Positions 29,785 through 39,307 of a stretch of 47,460 bases of DNA are shown piece by piece. Within the stretch, counting starts at the first letter, position 1; every line of letters starts with the position of its first letter. A program made the translations under genes and the position numbers. This stretch comes from Planctomycetota bacterium (GTDB lineage: Bacteria > Planctomycetota > SZUA-567 > H5-PLA8): the NCBI GenBank assembly GCA_045863855.1, contig BTVV01000042.1, positions 1 through 47,460 on the forward strand, in the 5' to 3' direction. A model generated the notes under the pieces. It had not been told where the DNA came from. It did no database searches and saw only the letters and a program-made list of their open reading frames with translations.

Positions 29785-31773
29785 TTACGATTTCGCAGTA
29801 AATAACGGGATGGCCAGGCACACGCCGCCTAACATCACCGCCCAGCCCAGGCCGGGCACGAACCAGCTCGTAAACGTGAGCAGCGCGCCGCATAAGCCGA
29901 ACGAGAGGCTCTTCGATTTGCGCGAGTAAAGCATATACGCCGCGCCGAGCACCGACGAGATAAAGCCGTACATGATCCGGCCCGTGGAAAAATGACCGTC
30001 GTCCTCGTACGCCTCGCCGATCGACGAGATCGGCATGATCGGCTCCACCACTTTGGCTTTGCCCATCTGCCGGTCCACCTTGTCCATCATGCCCAGCATC
30101 TTGTTCTGGTAGTCGGCCTGCGCTTGCGCGGCTTCCTCGGCCTTGGTCAGCGGTCCGGGATGCGAAGCCGGGGCGGGCGTAACGGCGGGCGCGGGCGCCG
30201 GAGCGGGACGCTGCTGCGCTTCAAGCAGCACCCGCGCCTCCTGCTCGGCTTTCGCGCGCTCCTCGGCGGAGGCCGCGGGCTTGCCCGGCCCCATCGCCAA
30301 CATCGCGATACCCGCGCCCATAAAACCCGCGAGCACCAGCGCCGCGATTAGCTTGCGCGTGCCGGCCTGCCCCGAACCTTGCGCGCGCAGCGCGTGCTGC
30401 GCCTCGATCTCCAGCACTTCCGCGCGCTTAGGCTTCGCCGCGGCCTGGTACGTCATCTCGTCGAAGTAGACCGGCTCGCCGCTCTTCTTGGAGGCTTCCG
30501 GCTCGGCCTCTTGGCGGCGAATCGCTTCGACCGCATGCGTCTGCTCGTCGGGCTTGTCGAGGACGGTGCGCACGAGCTTCAGCGCGCGCAGCAGCGCCTC
30601 GGCATCCTTGAAGCGGTGCCGCGGCTCCTTGGCCAAACAGCGGTCGACCAGCGCGCACGATGCCGGCGACGCGTCGGGGCGCAGCGTCGCGAGCGGCTCG
30701 TGCGGATCTTTCATCGTCTTCATGATCGCTTCCATGGGCGAAGGCGCCTGGAACGGTGCGCGGCCCGTCAGCAGCGCGTACAACGTCGCGCCCATGGAAA
30801 AAATGTCGGCCGGCTTGCCGCATTTGCGCGCATCGACGGCCTGCTCGGGCGCCAGGTAGCCCGGCGTGCCCATCGCCGTCTGGCTGGCGGTGAGCGACTG
30901 CCCGTGCTCTTCGGTGCGCGCGAGGCCCAAGTCCGCGAGTTTCCCCCGCCCCAGCATCAACTTCCCGCTGCTCACGTCCATCGGCAGCAGAATGTTGTCT
31001 GGCTTGATATCGCGGTGGATAATCCCTTCCTGGTGCGCGGCCACCAGCCCCTGCGTCGCGGCGATGCAAATATCCAGCGCGTCCGCTTCGCTCACGCCTC
31101 CGCGCTTGTGCTTCTTCTGAAAGCCTCCCGCGCTTTCTCCGTTGATGTACTCCATGACGATGAAGAAAAGCCCGTTCTCTTCGCGGGCTTCCTGCACGCT
31201 AACGAGGTTCGGCGACTTAATCCGTGCGGTGAGCGTCGCTTCGCGCACGAAGCGCTGGATCATCTGCGGATCCTGCTCGGCCATTTGAAACGGAAGCACC
31301 TTCACGGCCACCGGACGGTTCTCGGCTTCCAGCCAGCCCAGGTACACAGCGCCCATTCCGCCCTGGCCCAGCTTGGCCATCAACGGCACACCGCCCAGCG
31401 CCGGCACCTTCCCGTCTCTGAAGACCTTGCGCGAAGCGGGCATCAGTAATTTTTCTGCGCTCAAATCCTGAGTCGGTAAATGCGTGTACGACTGCGCGTC
31501 GCCGGCCGGAGCGGGCCCCTCTTTCGCCGCGGCTGCATGACGCGGCGGCGTCTCGGAGAAGACGAAGTTCGCCGCGGGCTTCCCTGGCGGCTTGGCCGGA
31601 AGCGTCGGACCAGCGGGGTTTACGTTCTGCCACGGCGAGGTGAGCGGCGCTTGCGTCGGCTCCGGCAAGCGCGGCGGCGCGGGCTGCGGCGGCACTGCGG
31701 CCGTGTTTTTCTTGTTCGTCGGCTTCGGCGTCGAGAACCCAAACGGGTCGGCTGATTTTTTGGGATCGGGCAT
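29785..31773 (-). CDS. Ser/Thr protein kinase with Pro-rich N-terminus and multi-TM C-terminus
   Basis: LGQGGMGAVY, VAVK, HRDIKPDN, ADLGLA, GTPGYLAPEQ, DIFSMG; one TM after the kinase and three short TMs at the C-terminus. Confidence 0.9.
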   Translation of the reverse strand: MPDPKKSADPFGFSTPKPTNKKNTAAVPPQPAPPRLPEPTQAPLTSPWQNVNPAGPTLPAKPPGKPAANFVFSETPPRHAAAAKEGPAPAGDAQSYTHLPTQDLSAEKLLMPASRKVFRDGKVPALGGVPLMAKLGQGGMGAVYLGWLEAENRPVAVKVLPFQMAEQDPQMIQRFVREATLTARIKSPNLVSVQEAREENGLFFIVMEYINGESAGGFQKKHKRGGVSEADALDICIAATQGLVAAHQEGIIHRDIKPDNILLPMDVSSGKLMLGRGKLADLGLARTEEHGQSLTASQTAMGTPGYLAPEQAVDARKCGKPADIFSMGATLYALLTGRAPFQAPSPMEAIMKTMKDPHEPLATLRPDASPASCALVDRCLAKEPRHRFKDAEALLRALKLVRTVLDKPDEQTHAVEAIRRQEAEPEASKKSGEPVYFDEMTYQAAAKPKRAEVLEIEAQHALRAQGSGQAGTRKLIAALVLAGFMGAGIAMLAMGPGKPAASAEERAKAEQEARVLLEAQQRPAPAPAPAVTPAPASHPGPLTKAEEAAQAQADYQNKMLGMMDKVDRQMGKAKVVEPIMPISSIGEAYEDDGHFSTGRIMYGFISSVLGAAYMLYSRKSKSLSFGLCGALLTFTSWFVPGLGWAVMLGGVCLAIPLFTAKS

Positions 31774-31876
31774 ACTGGACCGTCCTCACCATACGCAGTC
31801 GGTTACGTTTTAAGTTATGCACCATGAAAATCAAGCGGATTAAACTATTGCACCAGTAGGCTTTGCATCAATAAAG

Positions 31877-32890
31877 TCAAGACTCTCGCGCCAGCACGTA
31901 ATAGGGTAAATCGTGCAGGACGTTGCGTGCCGTGGAAGCCGGCAAGAAGGCGATCTCGTCGCGCGCTCGCTGGATCTCGTCGCGCGCCACGCCCAGCGCG
32001 TACTCCACGGAGCCCGCGGCTTCGAGGTAGCGGCGCAGGTTTTCGCGCGTCAGGTCATGATTATCCGGCGCAAAGAGGCGCTGCAGTTCCTGCTTCTGCG
32101 CGCCGCTGGCGTGCGAAAGCAGGTGAATCAGCGGCAGCGTGGGTTCGCCGTTCTTGAGGTCGCTGCCCAGCGACTTGCCGACCGTGGTCTCGACGCCCAT
32201 CAAGTCCAGGCAGTCGTCGACGATCTGGAACGCCATGCCCAAACGCCGGCCGTACACGAAGAGCTTGCGGCCGTCGTTCTCGCTCGCGCCGGCCATCAGC
32301 GCGCCCAGTTCCGCCGCGGCGCCGAAGAGCTGCGCGGTCTTCTTGTCGATGATGTCGAAGTACTCTTCTTCGGTCAGTCCGGCGTTATAGCGGCTGGCGA
32401 TCTGGAGCAGTTCGCCCTCGCAGATCAGCCGCGCGGTACGGCTGAGCTGCCGGTTGGGGCGCGGATCGTCGAAGCGTCCCAGAATCTCGAAGGCCCGCGA
32501 GAAGAGGATATCGCCGGTCATCACCGCGGCCTTGTTGCCCCATTCGGCGTTAACCGTGGCGACGTTTCGCCGCGTGGCGGCGTCGTCGAGGATGTCGTCG
32601 TGGCAAAGCGTGGCGAGATGGATCATCTCCACCAGCGCGCCGACTTCGGGCCCCAGCGGCGCCTCGCCCCCGAACGCTTTCGCGGACAGCAGCAGCACCG
32701 CCGGGCGCAGGCGTTTACCGCGGAAGCGCTCGATGTGCCGCACCAGGGTCTGGATGAAGGCGTAATGGCTGGTCAGATGCCGGGCCAGCGCGGCCTCGGC
32801 CTGTTCCAGTTCGGGCAACACCGGCGCGACCAGCTTGCCCAGCATCGCGGCGCGCTCGTCGGTCGTGGATATCTTATTCAGTCCGTGCAC
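31877..32890 (-). CDS. Polyprenyl diphosphate synthase (IspB/HepT-like)
   Basis: GKRLRP, HLATLCHDDILD..RR, GNKAAVMTGD, KKTA, AFQIVDDCLD, GK..GSDL. Confidence 0.93.
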   Translation of the reverse strand: MHGLNKISTTDERAAMLGKLVAPVLPELEQAEAALARHLTSHYAFIQTLVRHIERFRGKRLRPAVLLLSAKAFGGEAPLGPEVGALVEMIHLATLCHDDILDDAATRRNVATVNAEWGNKAAVMTGDILFSRAFEILGRFDDPRPNRQLSRTARLICEGELLQIASRYNAGLTEEEYFDIIDKKTAQLFGAAAELGALMAGASENDGRKLFVYGRRLGMAFQIVDDCLDLMGVETTVGKSLGSDLKNGEPTLPLIHLLSHASGAQKQELQRLFAPDNHDLTRENLRRYLEAAGSVEYALGVARDEIQRARDEIAFLPASTARNVLHDLPYYVLARES

Positions 32891-33077
32891 GCCAGGAGAC
32901 TCCCAGGGGCTTCGCCATCCGTCGCGTTGCGAGCCTCATTATAGGGGTTCGCCCATGCGCCACAAGCGCGCTGGTATCCTTGATAGGACCTTCGCAAAGC
33001 CCTGTAGATAGAGTCCGCCCGGTGCTGTTAAGTTGGTGCCAGGTAGAGGTATAATGATTTACAGGAGCGGTACCCGC

Positions 33078-34748
33078 ATGACGGCTTACGGTTCGATTCG
33101 CGGCCTTTTCGTCCTCGCGCTCGCACTGGCCGGCCACCCCGTGCGCGGCGGCGATGTGCCGGCGGCAACTCTGCCCGAAGCGCCGTCCGTCCCCGCGGGC
33201 GCCAAGGCGCTCAACACGTTCAAGCTCCCCGCCAACGCGTCGATCATGATTATTCCGATCAACGACACCGAATCCACGCGTTACGGCATGATCGACAATT
33301 GGCAAGCCGGCTTCGTAACCCGCCGCCTGCAAAGCGCCAAAGCCGACGGCTACGCCGCGGTAGTGCTGGAGATCGACACCAACGGCGGCTCCGTGGCTGC
33401 GTGCGAACGGATCAATAAGGAGATCGCGCACGCCGGCGTCCCGGTGATCGCCTTCGTGCGCGGCAAAGCGTTTTCCGGCGGCGCCTTGATCAGCCTCGGC
33501 AGCGCCACGATCGTGATGGAACCCGGGACGCAGATCGGCGGCGCACAGGCCGTCAGCCTCTTCGGCGACCTTGATAAGGACGAACGCGAGAAGGCGCGCA
33601 GCATGCTCGTCGCCATGGTCAAGGGGTTGTGCGAACGCAACGGGCACCCCGAGACGCTGGCGCACGCCATGGTCGACAGCGATGTGGAAATTCTCGAGAC
33701 CGACCGCCCCGCGCCGCGCTTCATGACCGGGGACGAACTCGCGGACTGGAAGAAGAACGAAGCGGCCCGCGGGCCGGCGCCGGCCGTTAAAGCCACCTTT
33801 AAGGAGTCCGGGCAGATCCTGACCCTTACCTCCGGGGAAGCGATCGACGTGGGTCTGGCCTCGCAGATCGTCGCCGACCGCGACGCGCTCATGCAGGCGC
33901 TGGGCGTCGCGCCCTCGAACGCGGTGCTCGCGGGCGTCACCTCCAGCGAGAAAGTTTCGCGCTTCCTGGGCCATCCGGGCTGGCTGGCGCTGCTGGTGCT
34001 GGTTGCGCTGGGCGGCTTGATTTACGAACTCAAAACCCCGGGCATCGGCCTGGGGCTGGGGCTCTTCTTGTTCTGCATGGGCCTCTTCTTCTGGCTCGCC
34101 TTCTTCGCCGATACGACGGGGCTGGTCGAGATCTCGATCTTCCTGCTCGGCGCGGTCCTGATCGGCGTGGAGATCTTCGTGCTGCCCGGTTTCGGTGTGG
34201 CGGGGATCGCCGGAGGCATGCTCGTACTCTTCTCCATCGTCCTGGCCTTCATCCCGCAGGGCACCAGCATGAGCGAACTGTGGGAACAGAGCGACGCCGA
34301 CCCGTTCAAGGCCGAACTGATATACGAAGGCTTGAAGTGGGCCTCGATGACGCTCTTGGCCGCGGGACTGTGCATCGCGACGGCGCTGGTCGCGGGCGTG
34401 CGCTTGCCGGGCGTCAACCGCCTGGCGCTGGCGCGCGAAGTGGCGCTGCGTCCCGGGGGCGGCGTGAGCGTCTCCGCCGGACCGCCGCAGCCCGAACCGC
34501 TCGTCTCGGGCATGACGACCATCGCCGGACCGAAGCCCATGTCCGCCAAGCCGCCGCCCAGCGCCCGCCCCGCGGCGGAACTGATCGGGAAGGAAGCGCT
34601 CGCCGAAACCGTCCTGCGCCCCTCGGGCAAGGTGCGGCTGGAAGGCGTCACTTACGAAGCGATGGCCGAAGGCGACTGGGTGGACGCCGGCGCCAAGGTT
34701 AAGGTACTCTCGGTCGGACCCTACGGACTCGTGGTGCGTCCGGTGTAA
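33078..34748 (+). CDS. nfeD: Long NfeD-family membrane-bound ClpP-class serine protease
   Basis: Signal peptide; LEIDTNGG, AFSGGALISL (Ser), IGGA, REK (Lys), AMVD, ILTLT..EA; TM block with ELKTPG and EIFVLPGFGVAGI; C-terminal OB fold LRPSGKV; AGGAG RBS and TATAAT at 33050. Confidence 0.85.
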   Translation: MTAYGSIRGLFVLALALAGHPVRGGDVPAATLPEAPSVPAGAKALNTFKLPANASIMIIPINDTESTRYGMIDNWQAGFVTRRLQSAKADGYAAVVLEIDTNGGSVAACERINKEIAHAGVPVIAFVRGKAFSGGALISLGSATIVMEPGTQIGGAQAVSLFGDLDKDEREKARSMLVAMVKGLCERNGHPETLAHAMVDSDVEILETDRPAPRFMTGDELADWKKNEAARGPAPAVKATFKESGQILTLTSGEAIDVGLASQIVADRDALMQALGVAPSNAVLAGVTSSEKVSRFLGHPGWLALLVLVALGGLIYELKTPGIGLGLGLFLFCMGLFFWLAFFADTTGLVEISIFLLGAVLIGVEIFVLPGFGVAGIAGGMLVLFSIVLAFIPQGTSMSELWEQSDADPFKAELIYEGLKWASMTLLAAGLCIATALVAGVRLPGVNRLALAREVALRPGGGVSVSAGPPQPEPLVSGMTTIAGPKPMSAKPPPSARPAAELIGKEALAETVLRPSGKVRLEGVTYEAMAEGDWVDAGAKVKVLSVGPYGLVVRPV

Positions 34749-34770
34749 GGAAAGGCGGAACCGCGTTCGC

Positions 34771-35250
34771 ATGAACCCGTTGCTGATTTCGATCCTCCTT
34801 ACTTTCGCCATGGTGGTCATGGTGGCGCTGGAACTGCTCACGCCGTCCTTCGGCATCCTCACGGTCGCCGCGCTGGGCGTGATGTGCGGAAGCATCCTCA
34901 TGGGCTTCCAGCACTCGACGGCCGCGGGTTTCGCGATGAGCGCCGTGAACCTGACGGTCTTCCCCATCGCCGTGCTGGTGATCATGCAGTTCATCAAGCG
35001 CAGCCCGCTGCTGCATCAGGGCGACATTCAGGCGTCGCTCCATCCCGAGCAAGCCGACGGCGGCGCGCGGCATCTGGCCGAGCCCGGCGAGGAAGGCGAA
35101 GCGATCTCGCCCTTGCGCCCGAGCGGCATGGTACGCTTCGGCGACCGCCGCATCGAAGTGGTCACGCCGGGCAAGTGGATCGATCCCGGCACGAAAGTTC
35201 GCGTCTTGCGCGTCGAAGGCAGCAAGATCGTCGTCGAAGCGGCGGAGTGA
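34771..35250 (+). CDS. Short NfeD-family protein (TMs plus OB fold)
   Basis: LELLTPSFGIL; GEAISPLRPSGMVRFGDRRIEVVT.G.WID.G..VRV..VEG..IVV. Confidence 0.85.
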   Translation: MNPLLISILLTFAMVVMVALELLTPSFGILTVAALGVMCGSILMGFQHSTAAGFAMSAVNLTVFPIAVLVIMQFIKRSPLLHQGDIQASLHPEQADGGARHLAEPGEEGEAISPLRPSGMVRFGDRRIEVVTPGKWIDPGTKVRVLRVEGSKIVVEAAE

Positions 35251-35260
35251 CCCGCCGCAC

Positions 35261-35767
35261 ATGGAACCGCTCGCCTGGTCCGTCCTGTTCCTGCTGCTCA
35301 TGGCCGCCGCGGTGGTGCTCGAATTCTACGTGCCCAGCTTCGCGATGCTGACGGTCGCGGCGGTGCTGTGCGGAGTGGCCAGCGTCTGGTACGCCTTCGG
35401 GCATTCGACCGGCGCGGGACTGGGCATGTGCGCGGCGAACCTCGTCGCCGCCGGCCTCGCGATCCTGCTGACCATGCATTTCATGCAAGGCAACCCTCTG
35501 GCGAACCGGCACGAAGTCCAGCCGCGCAACGGTTCGGCGGCCGCGCCGCCCGCCGCGGACGCGCGCATCGGCCGGATCGCCCTCGCGCGCTCCGACCTGC
35601 GCCCGTCCGGAGCCGTGGAACTCGAATCCGAACGCCTGACGGCCATCACCGAAGGCGGTTTTATAGAAGCCGGTACTCCCGTGCGCATCCTCCGCATCGA
35701 CGGCGCGCGCGTGGTCGTGGAAGCCTGCGCCGCGGAAATTCCGACTGCCGGGACCGCCGAAGCGTAA
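35261..35767 (+). CDS. Short NfeD-family protein, paralog of the preceding gene
   Basis: LEFYVPSFAML; ARSDLRPSGAVEL..ERLTAITEGGFIEAGTPVRI..IDG.RVVV. Confidence 0.85.
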   Translation: MEPLAWSVLFLLLMAAAVVLEFYVPSFAMLTVAAVLCGVASVWYAFGHSTGAGLGMCAANLVAAGLAILLTMHFMQGNPLANRHEVQPRNGSAAAPPAADARIGRIALARSDLRPSGAVELESERLTAITEGGFIEAGTPVRILRIDGARVVVEACAAEIPTAGTAEA

Positions 35768-35819
35768 TAGCCGCATACGGGATACCTTCGGAACCTTGGG
35801 CTTGCGGCGAGGACGAAGC

Positions 35820-37718
35820 ATGGAAGTCCAGCGTCCATTTGCCGCAACGGAGGCCGCCACAGACGCCTTGGCCCGCGCCCGCGCTTCCTTGCGCGACGGC
35901 ATCCTCTTGATGAGTCTGGGAATTGGGTCTCTGATCGTCGGCGTAGGCGTATTGGTGTACGCCAAAAGCCTTACAACCTATGACGAGGAAGGGCTAATCA
36001 CCCTAAGCGCACTCTTGGGCAGCGGGTGGATGGTACTTAGTTTGCTGGGCGCGTGGCGGGTCGCGCAAGCCTACGCGGCCGGTCAACGAACCAAAATAGC
36101 CTCCTTGTTTCTGGCACTGGGTGTGTTGTATGGCCTCGCTCTTCCCGTACTAACCCTTTGCCTATTCCAATATCGAGAAGGCTTGCAGGACAGGACCATC
36201 CTTGCGGGCCTTTGCCTGCTTCCCGCCGCATGGCTAGTTCGAAAGTTGCGCGATCGCAAACGGCCGTGGCCGACGGCGCAAACCGAGCCGCTCTGGCTGT
36301 TACTGGGGAATTTCACCGTAGGCCTGAGTTTCCTGGTAGTTAGTTACCCCATTCATACTGCGCACATCCATTTAGCGAACGACCTTTTCGAAAGTCATTT
36401 CCTCACCTTTACGATTTATGGAATGGGCTACATGGGCTGGATCTTCGGAATATGCAAGGCTTGGCGACTGCGAACCACGGCCAATAGGGCAGGAGAACCG
36501 GGGTGGATCCGCACACTCACGCAAGTAAGCTGGATCATGAGTGTCGTCGTTTTTGCCGAGAGCCTGATCCTGTTAGGGGCTCCCTCCTTTTCCGCACCCG
36601 GTGACTTCGCAACGGCCTTGGCGCTCCCGGTCGCCCTCGCGCTTGCTTGGCTGTGCTGGCCTTCCTACGATGCCCATGTTTCCTGGAAGATGCGCTCGGC
36701 GCGCGTAATGGTTGCGCTGCTGGTGCTCGTACTCCTGCCCCTCAACGCGGCATTTTATGGCGCGGTCGCTTGGCCCTATGCCCAACATCCACTTCTAGCG
36801 AGGCCCGGCTGGATCATCCACCTTCACGATCGGGTGCGGGCGCCAGTGGCGCAGTTCTGGGGGGATGCAACTTCCGCGGAAGCGGATTTTCCGAAAGCGG
36901 ATTTGGATGAACTAGGATTGACGCCACTCGTGAAATTGAAGTCATCCGCCAGAACATGGTCAGACCACAGAGCAAGCGTAGGTTGGTATAAGTTGGATCC
37001 CGTAGATGCCATGCGGATCGCTTTGGACGTATCCGCGGACTCTACCGCAGAGAAAGATCAACAACATGCGGCGTTTATGTTGGCATGGCACGGAACCGAC
37101 GAGCAGGTGCGGTCTCGATTACAGGGAAATTACAGCGAGTCATTGCAGACCTCCCTGTTTAGATTCCTGAGATTTTTTAATAGGCACGGCTTTTCGAAAG
37201 ACGCACGCGCCTTGTTCGAACGACGACTTTTGGAGGAGCACGAATGGGACAAATTCGGTGACACTTGGTTCTACATTGCCTTTGATTCGCGCGAAATACG
37301 CGAGAGGATCGACGCCGAGTTCCAGGCGCCAGACACACAAATGCCAAAGCGAGTTAGTAGCATCTTGTCTGGCATCTCCTGCTACGAAGAATCAGGCACT
37401 CAAATTTGCAGGTCCGCCCTAAGCTCGCCTGCCGTCAAAGTGCGCATCGAAGCACTACGCACGATTCTCGAATATCCTTGGTTCAATCCCGACCTGAATG
37501 CGCTTGCTGAATGCATGAAAGGCGAACATCCCGGAGCGACCCCAGAAGAACGCCGCCTCGCGGTGGAACTCATGGCCAAAGTTCTTGATCGGCCTATGGT
37601 TAACGCCCTTCAACCAAGCAACACGCCCCAAGGCTTGGACGAAATGGAAGAAGAAGCCATCGCAGAACTGCTCAAGGCCATGCGCGCAAGGCTGGACCAA
37701 ACGGCACGCCAAAAATAA
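35820..37718 (+). CDS. Hypothetical multi-pass membrane protein with helical C-terminal domain, lower GC than its neighbours
   Basis: Long open frame with about 9 hydrophobic segments then a soluble helical region; visibly more A/T-ending codons; no family recognised. Confidence 0.6.
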   Translation: MEVQRPFAATEAATDALARARASLRDGILLMSLGIGSLIVGVGVLVYAKSLTTYDEEGLITLSALLGSGWMVLSLLGAWRVAQAYAAGQRTKIASLFLALGVLYGLALPVLTLCLFQYREGLQDRTILAGLCLLPAAWLVRKLRDRKRPWPTAQTEPLWLLLGNFTVGLSFLVVSYPIHTAHIHLANDLFESHFLTFTIYGMGYMGWIFGICKAWRLRTTANRAGEPGWIRTLTQVSWIMSVVVFAESLILLGAPSFSAPGDFATALALPVALALAWLCWPSYDAHVSWKMRSARVMVALLVLVLLPLNAAFYGAVAWPYAQHPLLARPGWIIHLHDRVRAPVAQFWGDATSAEADFPKADLDELGLTPLVKLKSSARTWSDHRASVGWYKLDPVDAMRIALDVSADSTAEKDQQHAAFMLAWHGTDEQVRSRLQGNYSESLQTSLFRFLRFFNRHGFSKDARALFERRLLEEHEWDKFGDTWFYIAFDSREIRERIDAEFQAPDTQMPKRVSSILSGISCYEESGTQICRSALSSPAVKVRIEALRTILEYPWFNPDLNALAECMKGEHPGATPEERRLAVELMAKVLDRPMVNALQPSNTPQGLDEMEEEAIAELLKAMRARLDQTARQK

Positions 37719-37747
37719 AACGGGCGGCCGTTCGATCGGCCGCCCGT
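37711..37747 (-). terminator. Intrinsic terminator for efp (possibly bidirectional)
   Basis: 11-bp stem ACGGGCGGCCG / CGGCCGCCCGT with 6-nt loop; TTTTATTTTT tract follows on the minus strand. Confidence 0.75.
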
Positions 37748-37772
37748 CATACATCGACATTCTAAGAAACGG

Positions 37773-38339
37773 TTACACGCGTCCGAGGAACTCGCCGTCC
37801 GAGCAGCGGATCTTCACGCGGTCGCCCTTCTTGATGTGGCCCGGCACGCGCACTTCGATCCCCGTATCGACCTTGGCCAGCTTCGTAACCGACGTCGCCG
37901 TATCGCCGCGCGCGGCATCCGGCGCGTCGACTACTTCCAACTCCACCGTCTGCGGCATTTCGACCTGCGCCACTTTGTCCTCGACCTTCAGCAGCACGAT
38001 TTTCGAGTTCGGCACCAGGTAGCCGCGTTGCGCTTCGGGAACCAGATCCTTGTTCACCGGAATCTGCTCGTACGTCTCCGGGTGCATGAAAATGTAGCCC
38101 GTCGGCTCTTCGTAGAGGTATTCGTACTCCTCGCGGTTGAGCATCACCTTCTCGACGACGTCGTCGGGCGAAAAGCGCTGTTCGAATACGTTGCCGCGTT
38201 CGAGGTGCTTCAGCTTCACTTGCCAGTAGGTGCGCAAATTGCCGCGCGTCTGTTCGTGCCGGTCGAAGACGATCCACACTTCCTTGTTGATCTCGATGGC
38301 CTCGCCGATCTTGATGTCACGTAACTTCATGGACGACAT
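37773..38339 (-). CDS. efp: Translation elongation factor P (Asn-type loop)
   Basis: 188 aa; EYLY....YIFM..ETYEQI, P.TVELEV, RGDTA, KLAKVDTGIEVRVP.HIK.GD.VKI....GEFLGR. Confidence 0.92.
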   Translation of the reverse strand: MSSMKLRDIKIGEAIEINKEVWIVFDRHEQTRGNLRTYWQVKLKHLERGNVFEQRFSPDDVVEKVMLNREEYEYLYEEPTGYIFMHPETYEQIPVNKDLVPEAQRGYLVPNSKIVLLKVEDKVAQVEMPQTVELEVVDAPDAARGDTATSVTKLAKVDTGIEVRVPGHIKKGDRVKIRCSDGEFLGRV

Positions 38340-38511
38340 GGGTACGCTCCTTCGCTATTCACGCGCACGCAGGCGCGACAAGACTAACCATCCTAAAGGA
38401 AGCAGCGGCCCGCGACAACGACAGCACGCAACCCCATCTCGAATACCAAGCGTGCATCCAAAGCGTGCCCAGGAGCCAGCTTGGAATAACGAGGAGAGCC
38501 GGCCCCAAGCC

Positions 38512-39291
38512 TCAGACCGACCAGCGCGGCGAACGCTTCTCCAGGAACGCGCGGATCCCTTCGTAGCAGTCGGGAGTCTGCCGAGCCTCGGCGTTGGCGA
38601 TTTCCGCGCGCTCCAGCGCTTGATGCAACGGCAAGCCCGCGGTCTCGAAGAGCAGATGCTTCGTCCGCCGGATCGCTTCGGGACTCAGTTCGGCGAACGC
38701 CTCCGCGCGCTCGCTGGCCCGCGCGAGCAGCCCCTCGGACGGCACCAGTTCATGCAGCAGATGCAAGTGCCGGGCTTCTTCCGCGTTCACCCAGCGCGCC
38801 GCCAGCATCATCTCGCGCGCCGCACGTTCGCCCAGCGCGTGAACCAGGTACTCGCTCACCAGCGCCGGGACGAACCCGATGCGCACTTCGCTGAGGCAGA
38901 AGCGCGTGTGCTCGCAGCCGATCGCCACATCGCACAGCAGCGCCAGGCCCACGCCGCCGGCCACCGCCGGCCCGTTGATCGCGCCCACCAGCGGCTTGGG
39001 ATATGAGCGCAGGTACTCGAAAAAGGCGCGTACCGCCGCGCTGTCCGCGCGATTCTGCTCGGCCGTCGCGCCTTGCATCTCGCGCAGCGCTTCCAGGTCC
39101 GCGCCCGAACAGAACGCCTTGCCCGCGCCGGTCACCACCACCGCGCGCACGGCCGGATCGCGCGCCAGCTCGTCCAGCGCCGCGCGCATCCCGTCGCCGG
39201 GACGATACGGCAGCGGGTTGCGCTTCTCGGGGCGGTTTAAAGTCAGCACGGCGTGCCGCGACGAGCGCGTGACGAGAATCGCGTCGGACAT
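38512..39291 (-). CDS. Enoyl-CoA hydratase family, methylglutaconyl-CoA hydratase-like
   Basis: LTLNRPEKRN, AFCSGADL, AVAGGVGL, SEVRIGFVPA, EGIRAFLEKR.PRW; adjacent to HMG-CoA lyase. Confidence 0.88.
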   Translation of the reverse strand: MSDAILVTRSSRHAVLTLNRPEKRNPLPYRPGDGMRAALDELARDPAVRAVVVTGAGKAFCSGADLEALREMQGATAEQNRADSAAVRAFFEYLRSYPKPLVGAINGPAVAGGVGLALLCDVAIGCEHTRFCLSEVRIGFVPALVSEYLVHALGERAAREMMLAARWVNAEEARHLHLLHELVPSEGLLARASERAEAFAELSPEAIRRTKHLLFETAGLPLHQALERAEIANAEARQTPDCYEGIRAFLEKRSPRWSV

Positions 39292-39307
39292 GGGGCCGCT
39301 CCTTAAC

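Noticed and set aside
32874..34997. Long antisense and alternate-frame ORFs here and throughout (e.g. 2558-3979, 15502-16956, 21568-23361)
   Set aside because: Arg/Ala/Pro-rich shadows expected in high-GC DNA, opposite or overlapping well-supported genes
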